A DNA stretch of 64,000 nt from Anaerocolumna sp. (GTDB lineage: Bacteria; Bacillota; Clostridia; Lachnospirales; Lachnospiraceae), in assembly GCA_029256035.1 (NCBI GenBank), contig JAQSYR010000001.1, positions 30,838 through 94,837 of the forward strand, read 5' to 3'. Shown here one piece after another: positions 40,434-49,834 of the stretch (the stretch's first letter is position 1; each line of letters begins with the position of its first letter). The position numbers and the translations under genes are program-made. A model generated the notes under the pieces. That model was not told where the DNA came from, did no database searches, and worked only from the letters and a program-made list of their open reading frames with translations.

Positions 40434-40648
40434 CTATTTGAATATTCTATGTGCTGATTTACTATTGGACTTCCATTCATTACCACAGTTATTTTACAAT
40501 GTAATGTTATGTATTCTCCATTTTTAGCAACAGCAGAAACGTTATTCCAGTCAATTGTTCTTCTATGAGTTATTAAATATGCTTTATAATATTTATCTCT
40601 ACATTTAGAACAATAACACTTACTAAATCTAGTTGTTGATCCTCCCAA
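40434..40648 (-). pseudogene. Zn-ribbon gene with probable frameshift near 40495
   Basis: Shifting frame gives C..CGNEWKSNSKSAHRIFK* ending in the junction palindrome arm. Confidence 0.5.
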
Positions 40649-40680
40649 TCCATTGCTCCTTTCTTGATGAAATCCTCGTT

Positions 40681-41067
40681 TTAAGTTGTCAACCCTTTAA
40701 TTGCTGCCTGTGTCATACCAGATAATATTGATGTAGCTATTTCCTTAATGACATCAACCGTCATAGATAATCCGTTTTTAACAACGGTGTCTTTTGTCTT
40801 ATTCCAAACAGTATCATTTCTAATGGTATCAATTAATTCGTGTCCGTCCCACGAAATACTTCCAACTCCAAATCCGATTAAATAATCGCCATCTGCATAA
40901 CTTGCATCATAGTTTAATACATATCCAGCGTCATATAATAATTTACAATGGTATGCAACCTCTTTATCTGAATGACCATCAATTTCTAAATCATATACAG
41001 GTGTCCCATCACTTTGTTTCTCTAAATCAAATAATATTTTTCTTATCAAATCCATATCTCTCTTCAT
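40681..41067 (-). CDS. DUF2513-like winged-helix protein
   Basis: MKRDMDLIRKIL...YHCKLL.DAG...SWDGHELIDTIRNDTVW.KTK. Confidence 0.8.
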   Translation of the reverse strand: MKRDMDLIRKILFDLEKQSDGTPVYDLEIDGHSDKEVAYHCKLLYDAGYVLNYDASYADGDYLIGFGVGSISWDGHELIDTIRNDTVWNKTKDTVVKNGLSMTVDVIKEIATSILSGMTQAAIKGLTT

Positions 41068-41098
41068 TATTTTCTCCATTCATAATCAAATTTAAGTT

Positions 41099-41338
41099 TC
41101 ATCTGCATTTATCAATTACATTTTTAACATATTCTTGATCATAACTATCATTTCTACTCGCAAATCTGTGTGCATATTCTAAGGCTTTTACTAACTCATC
41201 ATATTTTGGTATATTAATTTTTTCTTTATTGTCTCTTGTATCTTTGCTATATCTCATATATCCTGACTCTTTACAATTGAACTCAAATTCACCCTCACAA
41301 ACATATCTGTTATTACATGTATCGCAGCTCTGTTCCAT
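41099..41338 (-). CDS. hypothetical protein
   Basis: ATG after AGGAGG. Confidence 0.7.
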   Translation of the reverse strand: MEQSCDTCNNRYVCEGEFEFNCKESGYMRYSKDTRDNKEKINIPKYDELVKALEYAHRFASRNDSYDQEYVKNVIDKCR

Positions 41339-41384
41339 TTTATTTCCTCCTATTTTCAAATCAAAATCGTTTTTGGTTGTGTTT

Positions 41385-41606
41385 CTATAATTCAAAATCA
41401 TTTTCTGCCCATGACACAAATTCATCCACTATATCGTTTCCAAGTTCAACCTCTTCTAGCGATATTCCATTCCCACATCTCAATACATCTTCATCTATTC
41501 CATTCTTTTCAAAATAATCATTTACATCTTCCATTAATTTATTTGCTTCTGAGTGCAGTCTAGCTGCTTTGTGCATTTTATATTGAATATCTTTTGATAC
41601 TTTCAT
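41385..41606 (-). CDS. hypothetical protein
   Basis: ATG after GGAGG. Confidence 0.7.
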   Translation of the reverse strand: MKVSKDIQYKMHKAARLHSEANKLMEDVNDYFEKNGIDEDVLRCGNGISLEEVELGNDIVDEFVSWAENDFEL

Positions 41607-41641
41607 ACTTACCTCCATTCCAAATCAAAGCTCTGATTTAT

Positions 41642-41887
41642 TCATTTCAACCTATAATCATCATCATTCAAATAATATGTCATTCCATGTTCTTTTCTAT
41701 ATATCATTGATTCTCTCAGTCTCAACTTTTCTTGCTCTTCCGGTGTAGTATTATGTTCTCTATACCACCTGTCAGTTTTAGTTGTACAATTAGGATCGTC
41801 ATCCATTTGTTTTATCTTTTGATTAACATTATGATTATCTAATCCACCCATCGATAATATACCTGCTATACTTCCTAATAAACCCAT
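41642..41887 (-). CDS. hypothetical protein
   Basis: 81 aa ORF with RBS. Confidence 0.7.
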   Translation of the reverse strand: MGLLGSIAGILSMGGLDNHNVNQKIKQMDDDPNCTTKTDRWYREHNTTPEEQEKLRLRESMIYRKEHGMTYYLNDDDYRLK

Positions 41888-41925
41888 TTAATTAATCCTC
41901 CGTTTAATAGTTGTTAGTAGTCTGT

Positions 41926-42897
41926 TTATTTCATCAACTCTTCTGCTAAATCCATAATACTATTAACAATATCTAAATTGCTATCTATATCATTATTACT
42001 AGCGTTCTTTCTGCCTTCCTGATAAGCCATTGTTATTATGTCCCTTAAATCATTACTATCAAGTGATACAATAGGTTTGTTCTCTGTATTTTGAAACTGT
42101 TTGTCACCCATAATATACTCTGTAAAGAAATCACCCATATCGTCGTAATACTGATCTATTTTTTCCTTTGTTAATCCGATATATTTATTAGTAACAGATT
42201 CAGACGAATGATTATAAGTTGACTGTAATATTTGCATGGAATCTGTATCGTTTGGGTGGAGTTTTCTACTCCAATATCCATAAGTTTTTCTAGTGCTATG
42301 TGCTGCTATGTTGTATCCTATATTACAAGCTTTAGCAGCCTTTTTCAAATTAACCCAATAACCAGACTTTGAAAACACCTTTCCTTTACCAGTCCCAGAT
42401 AGTTGCATAAATACAGGTTTCTCGTAATTCTCCATAGGTTCTACTTCAGTTTTCTCTATAAATAGTTTAATAGCTTCACGGCAAGCATTATTAATTCTAG
42501 GATTAGCAAATTTATCTGTTTTTTCTTCCTCAAATTCAAGTACATCACTTCTCATTCTGCCATTTGGAAAATAAAAATGTTTCCATGTGAGGTTTAAGGT
42601 ATCACCCACTCGCCTAGCCATATTGATACCTAAGACAAATAATAAATAGCTGTGCCATGATTTATTGTCGATAAAATAATTCATCATGTTTTTAATGTCT
42701 TCTTGTGTCCTGAATGGATATACTTCAGACTTCTGACCTTTTTTCTTATTCCTAACGATAATCTTAGGTGTGCCATCTAGTCTCAATTTAATTTCTTTTA
42801 CAGTATCTTCCTCTTTTTTTTCTATTATATTATCTTGTGGAAACATAATTATACTACACTCTATTTTTTCTTCCTGTTTAACCTGTGCTAATCCCAT
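41926..42897 (-). CDS. tyrosine recombinase (complete catalytic set)
   Basis: GINMARRVGD (R), EEKT (K), HSTRKT (HxxR), YNHSS (H), KYIG (Y). Confidence 0.93.
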   Translation of the reverse strand: MGLAQVKQEEKIECSIIMFPQDNIIEKKEEDTVKEIKLRLDGTPKIIVRNKKKGQKSEVYPFRTQEDIKNMMNYFIDNKSWHSYLLFVLGINMARRVGDTLNLTWKHFYFPNGRMRSDVLEFEEEKTDKFANPRINNACREAIKLFIEKTEVEPMENYEKPVFMQLSGTGKGKVFSKSGYWVNLKKAAKACNIGYNIAAHSTRKTYGYWSRKLHPNDTDSMQILQSTYNHSSESVTNKYIGLTKEKIDQYYDDMGDFFTEYIMGDKQFQNTENKPIVSLDSNDLRDIITMAYQEGRKNASNNDIDSNLDIVNSIMDLAEELMK

Positions 42898-42953
42898 ATT
42901 TATTCACCCTTTCTAATTATAACATTGCCAATAGAATAATGTCTATAAGCCGA

Positions 42954-43166
42954 TTAACTTGCAACAACAAAACCTTTCTGCATCAAATCATTTTTGATTA
43001 ATAATAGCACTTCGTCAATATTTCTAAAATTATTATCAATATAATTATCTGCACCAACTATTTTACAGCGTCGAGTTTCTTTATCTTCTTCGATTTTATA
43101 TCCGGCAATAGTAGCCAATTGAAATTTTTTATGTTTCTCAATTTCCGATAATTTAATATAACTCAT
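42954..43166 (-). CDS. hypothetical protein
   Basis: 70 aa ORF with RBS. Confidence 0.65.
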   Translation of the reverse strand: MSYIKLSEIEKHKKFQLATIAGYKIEEDKETRRCKIVGADNYIDNNFRNIDEVLLLIKNDLMQKGFVVAS

Positions 43167-43342
43167 TTCAATCCCATCTCCCTTTTCCTTTTATCATAAT
43201 CTGCTTTTCTCTTTGGATATAATACCTTGTTATCGTACTGCTCGTATACTAAACTACATATTAATATAAATATAAATATTGCCAGTCCAAACATTGTTAT
43301 TTCCTCCTGTTTTAGTTTATTATTGTCTATAGATTTCCGAGT

Positions 43343-43531
43343 TCATCTGCTTTTACATAAATCAACTATACAATTTAATTTATTGAGTTGTTCTATTTCT
43401 TGGTTAAATAATCTAATATATCCATTTAAGCAATCATACATGGCTTCTGTTAAATTATTGCTAGTACCGTCTGTTTCATACTCTTTAACTAGTATAGACG
43501 CCCTATTAAATAATATAAGTCTATCTTCCAT
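43343..43531 (-). CDS. hypothetical protein
   Basis: 62 aa ORF with RBS. Confidence 0.6.
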   Translation of the reverse strand: MEDRLILFNRASILVKEYETDGTSNNLTEAMYDCLNGYIRLFNQEIEQLNKLNCIVDLCKSR

Positions 43532-43749
43532 ACTATTTTCCTTTCAATACATCATTTTATTCTACAATTTATCAACAATACTCTCAAGTCTATTTTGAAT
43601 ATTTGCCAATCTGCTAATTGCTTGCCAATTTTGGTTATTATCCACATCTGTAGATACCTCATATAAATCATCATATATTTGCTGTAATTGCTCTTTTATA
43701 TCCATCTTTAATCACCCTCTCTAAGCCAAATAAGTAATCTATTCGCTTT

Positions 43750-44067
43750 TTAACACCACATACCATTGTTATATTGCCACTCACACTCTCTTAAATCTTC
43801 AAGTGGCGATTCTTCGTGTACAAACTCTCTTACGAAAGTATATGGCTGTTTATTTAATTCATCAATAAATTTATTTTCAACTTCTAACATAAACTCATTA
43901 TTGAAGTCAACTTCTTCTTTCCATCTGTTCAACTCTGAAATCAATTCATCTTTACTTCCAGATGCGTTTACCATAGTGCTGCCACTAGGCATAACCAAAC
44001 TATAAAATCCGTTAACTCCATTTAATTCAAATCCATTAACCTTACAAATTGTACTCATATTATTCAC
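43750..44067 (-). CDS. hypothetical protein
   Basis: 105 aa ORF. Confidence 0.65.
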   Translation of the reverse strand: MNNMSTICKVNGFELNGVNGFYSLVMPSGSTMVNASGSKDELISELNRWKEEVDFNNEFMLEVENKFIDELNKQPYTFVREFVHEESPLEDLRECEWQYNNGMWC

Positions 44068-44119
44068 CTGTTTAACCTTTCTGCTTATGTTTATTATAAT
44101 TATTATATGTACTGGCTGA

Positions 44120-44656
44120 CTATTTACAAATCAACCACACTAACATTTCCTTGCTAACCTTATCTACTGCACCATTTACATCATTGCTCACAAGATAAAT
44201 CATCATTGACCTTAAATGAGCCGTTACATTGTTTACCATTGATTCTGTTTTCTTTCTACTTGCAAACTCTAATATCTGCTCTTTATTTATTGTTATAAAA
44301 TCCTGTTCACTTAACTCTTCCATGAAGTTACCGCAGCTAGACTTGTAATTAGCTACACTTCGTTCTGGCAAAGAAGAAAGAAATTCATCATAGTATATTT
44401 GGTTATCTGCATTAAGGTTGAATGTCTTAATCTTTCTTTGCATAACTTCGTCTGGTGTCTGATAATCAAAGTGCATGATATGTGAGTGATTAAGTCCTAA
44501 CTCAATAATCTTATCTTTGATATTTAACTTTACGCTTCCCACATTTGGATTGAAGCCTAACTCTGACATGATCTTTGGAAATGAATTGTTGCTTGCTACT
44601 GCTTTGATAAACTCTTCTTTATTAACTTCTGTACGACCGATTTTTACTGTTTCCAT
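44120..44656 (-). CDS. protein with integrase core-binding (SAM-like) domain and no catalytic domain
   Basis: EFLSSLPERSVANYKS...ITINKEQILEF...VNNVTAHLRSMMIYL. Confidence 0.6.
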   Translation of the reverse strand: METVKIGRTEVNKEEFIKAVASNNSFPKIMSELGFNPNVGSVKLNIKDKIIELGLNHSHIMHFDYQTPDEVMQRKIKTFNLNADNQIYYDEFLSSLPERSVANYKSSCGNFMEELSEQDFITINKEQILEFASRKKTESMVNNVTAHLRSMMIYLVSNDVNGAVDKVSKEMLVWLICK

Positions 44657-44673
44657 AATCAAATCCCCCTTTT

Positions 44674-45327
44674 TTACTTCCAAATAAATTTTCCTTTTGA
44701 CATTTCTTTCAACTGTTTAATTGCTGAATCAATTTTTTTCTTTGCTACTATCGGTAACATATTGTCAATTAATTTTGAAATCTCATCATCAAATGAATCA
44801 TCATCGTTTGAGAGGTTTTCAATTGCTTTGTTAATGTCGCTGATGTAAATATCAAGATTTTCAACCAAGTAATCAATACATTTATCAATTCCAATTTGCA
44901 TATCAAGTATATCTACATATTCACCACCATCATTATATCTAATATATTCGGATATCGTGATAGACCTTTCTTTTACAATTTCCAATTCTACATTAAATAA
45001 TAAAGCTAATTCTTTCGCATTTTCAACTTTGTACACGATGTGTTCACCTGACATATAGAATAATCCTTTGTTTACATTCTCTTCAAGTATTTTATCTACC
45101 TTATCATAATCTTCATACTCGTCATATACAGCCTCTATAAATAGCAACTTATATTTTTCTTGTGTTTCTTTAGCCTTGCTTGCAAATTGTTCAATTTGTT
45201 CATCCGTATAATATCTTTGATTTTTAGGATTTCTTAGAGCAACAAATACCCCTTCGTTATCCCATCTTTGCAATGTCTTAACTGATACCCCTAATCTCTT
45301 TGCTACTTCTCCTACTTTTAAATTCAT
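44674..45327 (-). CDS. MerR/Xis/BldC-type HTH protein
   Basis: KVGEVAKRLGVSVKTLQRWDNEG...RNPKNQRYY; acidic C-terminus without serine-recombinase motif. Confidence 0.8.
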   Translation of the reverse strand: MNLKVGEVAKRLGVSVKTLQRWDNEGVFVALRNPKNQRYYTDEQIEQFASKAKETQEKYKLLFIEAVYDEYEDYDKVDKILEENVNKGLFYMSGEHIVYKVENAKELALLFNVELEIVKERSITISEYIRYNDGGEYVDILDMQIGIDKCIDYLVENLDIYISDINKAIENLSNDDDSFDDEISKLIDNMLPIVAKKKIDSAIKQLKEMSKGKFIWK

Positions 45328-45340
45328 ATCATTGACCTCC

Positions 45341-45367
45341 TTGATTTAATTGATTTAATTGATTTAC
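45341..45367. repeat. three tandem 9-bp direct repeats TTGATTTA(A/C)
   Basis: 45341, 45350, 45359; between promoter (45379-45407) and RBS of the HTH gene. Confidence 0.8.
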
Positions 45368-45479
45368 CTTATGTATACATATTATCACATGTGTCTATGG
45401 ATGTCAATGCTTTTTATAAAGAATTTAAAATTTATTTTTATGTACATTATTATCTGCAAAACCACTTAAAAGAATTGTT

Positions 45480-45710
45480 TCATGCATACTTTCTTCGTTT
45501 CTTACTTTCCTTATAAACACCATAGATAAAAGACACTTCTCTATTATATTGATCGTCTGTCCATCCTTCTATTTCTTCATTTGTTAAAATACAATCTTTA
45601 TAAATAAGTTTTGTCCATGCTTTTATAAACTGCCTCCATGTTATTTTAATAGTACATCCATAAATTGTATCACATGCTTTCTTATCTAAATCTTCCTTCT
45701 TAAATTCCAT
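45480..45710 (-). CDS. hypothetical protein
   Basis: 76 aa ORF with RBS. Confidence 0.7.
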   Translation of the reverse strand: MEFKKEDLDKKACDTIYGCTIKITWRQFIKAWTKLIYKDCILTNEEIEGWTDDQYNREVSFIYGVYKESKKRRKYA

Positions 45711-45840
45711 ATGCCTTCTATCCTTTCTATTTTGCCATTCTAGGCGATTAATTGGTCATTGGCTACTTGGTTCAATCCATCCTGTAGCTTTGCGCCTACG
45801 ACCTTATACAATGTTTTGTATAGTCGTCAGGATGGAAATA

Positions 45841-46308
45841 TTACATTGCAACTTTAAACTCTTCAATTCCATAAATATCAGCAAGGTTATCAATTGCATC
45901 TTCCAAACTATCACATTGATAATTATCCCAATTTTCTAGTCCATTAAAATCGTCTATCATTAATACAGCTTCAAATAACATTCTTTCAGATGTCTCATTG
46001 ATAAAATTATGCATATCGATTTTTGTATACTGTCTAGGAGTTTCTTTATTGAATGTCTCACCAACTTTTTCAATTACATCCCAGTTATCAATCTTATTTC
46101 TTTCAATTAGGTACACTACTTCTTCTTCGTCATACTCATCATTCAGATCTTTATTAATTCTCGCAACCCAAAAATCTTTTGTATCACTGCAAATATATAC
46201 TCCTGACAGATTATCCATACAATCTGAATAACAATCTAATTTACCGTCTTTAATCATTTTCTTTACTAAATTTGTTACATTATAATACTTTGCAAATTTT
46301 ACTGACAT
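45841..46308 (-). CDS. hypothetical acidic protein
   Basis: ATG after AAAGGAG. Confidence 0.75.
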   Translation of the reverse strand: MSVKFAKYYNVTNLVKKMIKDGKLDCYSDCMDNLSGVYICSDTKDFWVARINKDLNDEYDEEEVVYLIERNKIDNWDVIEKVGETFNKETPRQYTKIDMHNFINETSERMLFEAVLMIDDFNGLENWDNYQCDSLEDAIDNLADIYGIEEFKVAM

Positions 46309-46358
46309 AATTATTTCTCCTTTCAAAAACCCAATAAAGTGTTCAATTGTTGTGCTTA

Positions 46359-46736
46359 TTACCTAGTCTTTTTATTATACTCTTCTTCACTTGGATAACT
46401 TTCAACCAGTTTTTCATCAAAATCATAATTATATTTTTCTTTCAACTCTCTTATTAATTCTAGTTTCAAATCAAATAAATCGTCAGATAAACTCCCACAA
46501 CTATAACTTGTATTTCTAAATAATACACAAGCTTGCTTTAGTGCCATAACTTGATTTATTCGTTTATATAACTCGTTATTCTCTTCTACAAAATTATCTC
46601 TTTCATCTTCTGTTATATTTTCGTTTTTAGCATATAAATAATCAGTAGCCGTAACTAATTGATAAGGAATATTTCTACCATCGATATTCAAATTATTTTT
46701 ACTTAAGTAATCTCTTAGTTTTAAATTTTTATTCAT
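46359..46736 (-). CDS. hypothetical protein
   Basis: 125 aa ORF with RBS. Confidence 0.75.
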   Translation of the reverse strand: MNKNLKLRDYLSKNNLNIDGRNIPYQLVTATDYLYAKNENITEDERDNFVEENNELYKRINQVMALKQACVLFRNTSYSCGSLSDDLFDLKLELIRELKEKYNYDFDEKLVESYPSEEEYNKKTR

Positions 46737-46775
46737 CTATATTTCTCCTCCTAATAAAATAATCATTTTAACATG

Positions 46776-47204
46776 TTACAGATTGCCATTAAGCATTTTG
46801 TTAATAAATAACTCCGCATATCTTGCTTCATTTACTTCTAATTTATTTCTTGCTATTAATGATATTAAAGCACTTTCTATAGAACAATGAGTTGTGTTTG
46901 TATCTTCAAAATTAATATATCCATGATATGATATTGCATCTTCTTTGTGTTCTGGTTTAAATTCCATTATTTGATATTCACCAATACAATGCGTTTTGAT
47001 TACTTCGCCCCATACAAATTCCTGCTCTATATAACTTATGTGTTCATCAAAATTAGCAACTTCAATGTCATTCTCTGTAACAATGTCTAACTGATTGTAA
47101 TAATAATTTCCAAATTTTACAGGATGGAACAAAAAGTTTTTCTTATCATCTGTAACAAGTTCTCCTAGTTGACCTTTATATTTCACTATATCTCCATATT
47201 TCAT
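46776..47204 (-). CDS. hypothetical protein
   Basis: 142 aa ORF with RBS. Confidence 0.75.
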   Translation of the reverse strand: MKYGDIVKYKGQLGELVTDDKKNFLFHPVKFGNYYYNQLDIVTENDIEVANFDEHISYIEQEFVWGEVIKTHCIGEYQIMEFKPEHKEDAISYHGYINFEDTNTTHCSIESALISLIARNKLEVNEARYAELFINKMLNGNL

Positions 47205-47247
47205 TTTAAACCCTCCTAATTTCCAAATGGAATCAATATTCTAATTG

Positions 47248-47430
47248 CTATTTACTTATTTCTTTTTCTATCTGTTCCCAATATTCCTCTGGTACGTCTT
47301 CACCCATCAAATTGTATAGTGTTTCTAATTTAATTCTTAGGTAGTTTTCTAAATCTCCTGAAGCCGTTCCACTTTGTAACTCTGCCAGTGTACAAAATAG
47401 ATCCTTTAATATTTCTTGTTTAGTCTTCAC
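47248..47430 (-). CDS. hypothetical protein
   Basis: 60 aa; promoter TTGACA-17-TATAAT at 47502-47530. Confidence 0.7.
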   Translation of the reverse strand: MKTKQEILKDLFCTLAELQSGTASGDLENYLRIKLETLYNLMGEDVPEEYWEQIEKEISK

Positions 47431-47709
47431 TATATACCTCCATTATTATTTTTGATTATACTATAATCTGTTTGCTGTTACAATAATTTCATATTAATGC
47501 TATTATAACTCTGCTCACTAAATTTGTCAATCTGTATGTCTATTATTATTTACATATAGCCAATTTAATATTCAAGTATTCTGCGTTTTGCTTCTGTTAT
47601 TTCTGCATCATTATCATAGTTACCTTCAAACTCACCAAGAAAATATAATGTAATATAATCTCTATGTCTTTTTTGTAAAGAATAAGTCTCTAGCCATCTG
47701 CTTACCCTC

Positions 47710-47988
47710 CTATCCAATAAACTGCTCATTAGCCAACATTAAACCTACACATATCGGTAACATAAATATTAAAGCTGTTGCATCCTGAATAATCAAACTT
47801 AACATTGTTATCAATATAAGTATCAATAATCCAATAATCTTTTGTGTTATGTAATGGTCAATAAAGTAATTCTGTATTGCCGTTAATGTGTTTTTCTTCG
47901 CTTGTCGTTTCTCTCGCTTATATAGTGCAATTGCATCATCATAAGTGAATAACCGGATTGTATTATTAGTTCTTGTTGTATCTTGCAT
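47710..47988 (-). CDS. membrane protein
   Basis: Two C-terminal hydrophobic helices. Confidence 0.7.
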   Translation of the reverse strand: MQDTTRTNNTIRLFTYDDAIALYKREKRQAKKNTLTAIQNYFIDHYITQKIIGLLILILITMLSLIIQDATALIFMLPICVGLMLANEQFIG

Positions 47989-48117
47989 TTAATTTTTCCT
48001 CCATTATTTTTTCCAATATAATATTGATTAATTTTGACCTAGCTTCCTGTTTATTAAATTCTTTCTGTTCTTCTGTTAAAGATATATTATCGTTCATAAT
48101 TATTTCCTCCATTAATA

Positions 48118-48133
48118 TGTTTCACGTGAAACA
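48118..48133. promoter_or_regulatory. parS: parS (ParB/Spo0J binding site)
   Basis: Perfect palindrome TGTTTCACGTGAAACA in an intergenic region. Confidence 0.85.
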
Positions 48134-48158
48134 TGTGTATTATTATTTGTATTTAACG

Positions 48159-48449
48159 TCATTTGACCTGTGCTGCTGGTATTGTATCTAGTAACCATTT
48201 TATTTCATCCATGACATATGATATTTGATTATCTTTTATACCACAATTTTTTAATGCCATTTTACAATAACCTTTTAATACATCATTAAACGCACCGGAA
48301 TTAAAAATCTCTATTATTTCTGATTCTGATAGACTTGCTAATGTCCTATATACCTTTATTTTGCTTTCACAATCATCTTTGCTTATATTTGAGTTATCAC
48401 GCTTCATTAGTGCTTCATAGCTTTGTGCAGTCAATTCATATCCATTCAT
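48159..48449 (-). CDS. hypothetical protein
   Basis: ORF with RBS. Confidence 0.7.
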   Translation of the reverse strand: MNGYELTAQSYEALMKRDNSNISKDDCESKIKVYRTLASLSESEIIEIFNSGAFNDVLKGYCKMALKNCGIKDNQISYVMDEIKWLLDTIPAAQVK

Positions 48450-48502
48450 AAAATTCACCATTCCTTCTATTAAAATATTAATAAAAATAGTCATTGATTT
48501 GC

Positions 48503-48736
48503 TTATTCTGTTTCCATATCAATACACCAATCTTGAAATTTTGGTGGTTCATACATTCCGCTTTTAGCTTCTAGCCATAATTCATAACTTAGTTTATATG
48601 ATTCTGTACTTGTTACATTTAATATCTTTTTATAAGTCATCAATACAAGTTTTACAGCTTCTTTATAATATTTATATATCCATAAATCACTAACTATGAA
48701 ATGTTTACCTATATCAAATAAATCCTGTTTACCCAT
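48503..48736 (-). CDS. hypothetical protein
   Basis: 77 aa ORF with RBS. Confidence 0.7.
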   Translation of the reverse strand: MGKQDLFDIGKHFIVSDLWIYKYYKEAVKLVLMTYKKILNVTSTESYKLSYELWLEAKSGMYEPPKFQDWCIDMETE

Positions 48737-48763
48737 GTTAACCCCTCCTATTCAATATCAAAT

Positions 48764-49309
48764 CTATTTTTGCTTGTACTTGTTATATTCACGCCTAAGC
48801 TTATCTATAATATTAGAATAGATAATCATTGCATCCTGTAACGTTGCCCATTCTGTGCCACTAGGATTAGTTCTGTTTATCTCTTCAAACTCTTGCTCTA
48901 GTCTGTCGTATTCTTCTCTAGCCTTTTCATAGAATGACATTAGCATCTGTTTAGCCTTATCTACTTCTTGATTTCCTATAACATCATTGTTTATAATAGT
49001 AAATTGTTCTTTGTCTTCTTTGTCCTCTGGATTAGTCCATCCGGCAGTAAAAGTAATTTCAGGAAACATTGTAGAAATATACTTTACATCATCTTTAAAA
49101 GTAGGATTGTAATAACTATCACCATTTCCGCCAGTAAAAGAACCATTCACCGCATAAAGAATGTTACCAATCGTTGTCATGTTATCCTCTGTAAAATCTC
49201 CGTCTATCTCGTCAACTTCAAGCATTGAATATAACTTATCAGATATTGTTTGAGCCTGTTCTTCCTTATCAATCTTAATATAATGGTATCTGTATTCTTT
49301 ACTATTCAC
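48764..49309 (-). CDS. hypothetical protein
   Basis: 181 aa ORF with RBS. Confidence 0.75.
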   Translation of the reverse strand: MNSKEYRYHYIKIDKEEQAQTISDKLYSMLEVDEIDGDFTEDNMTTIGNILYAVNGSFTGGNGDSYYNPTFKDDVKYISTMFPEITFTAGWTNPEDKEDKEQFTIINNDVIGNQEVDKAKQMLMSFYEKAREEYDRLEQEFEEINRTNPSGTEWATLQDAMIIYSNIIDKLRREYNKYKQK

Positions 49310-49384
49310 TTTAAAACCCTCCGTTTTTGATTTTATTATACTACATTATGGAATAAATAGCCTATAAAATTACAATTTGAAGTG

Positions 49385-49630
49385 TTATTTTCTTTCTATT
49401 TCACACAAGATTACATCATCAAGTATTGCTTGCTCATATATCGGCTGGCTGTCTTCGCTTGTGTATTCATCAATAAAATTTGTAACTGTTCTATATTATT
49501 CTTCTATTTGCTTCTGTAACCACCATTTAGGCACTTCAAACTGTTTAATAATACAATTATCAAATTCATCATACGAATCAATTTGTATCCACACACCTGA
49601 TATTCTGTTTTAGTCTAATACTGTGTTCAT
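49385..49630 (-). pseudogene. 82-codon gene with two in-frame TAA
   Basis: RBS AAAGGAG + ATG; TAA at 49610-49612 and 49496-49498, frame otherwise open. Confidence 0.6.
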
Positions 49631-49834
49631 ACTGTTTACGCTCCTTTTCGTTTATTATTGTTTGTTTAATTGTTCTTTTAATGCCTTAATTTGTTGTTTC
49701 TTATCTAACATTTGATTTAAAATTGATCCGCTTCTACTTGCTGCCGCCCTTGTAAACTTATCATATAAATAGCTTACTTCACTTTCAAGCTGTTTAATTT
49801 GTTCTTGTATTGTCATATTTTTGTTTACCTCTTT

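Noticed and set aside
44674-45327. IS607 transposase (TnpA) partner of TnpB
   Set aside because: Only the N-terminal HTH matches; no YARVS serine-recombinase motif, and it lies 17 kb from tnpB
35100-45400. Arbitrium aimR/aimP locus
   Set aside because: No TPR-type receptor or signal-peptide propeptide ORF was recognised in this window
45785-45836. Hammerhead ribozyme (CUGACGA on minus strand) or c-di-GMP-I riboswitch (GCGCAAAGCUAC)
   Set aside because: No GAAA core after stem II and no upstream GGCAAA/GAAA tetraloop arm; kept only as an unclassified structure
29880-49612. Stop-codon reassignment suggested by in-frame TAA codons
   Set aside because: TAA, TAG and TGA all terminate many intact genes, long core ORFs have no internal stops, and no suppressor tRNA is seen
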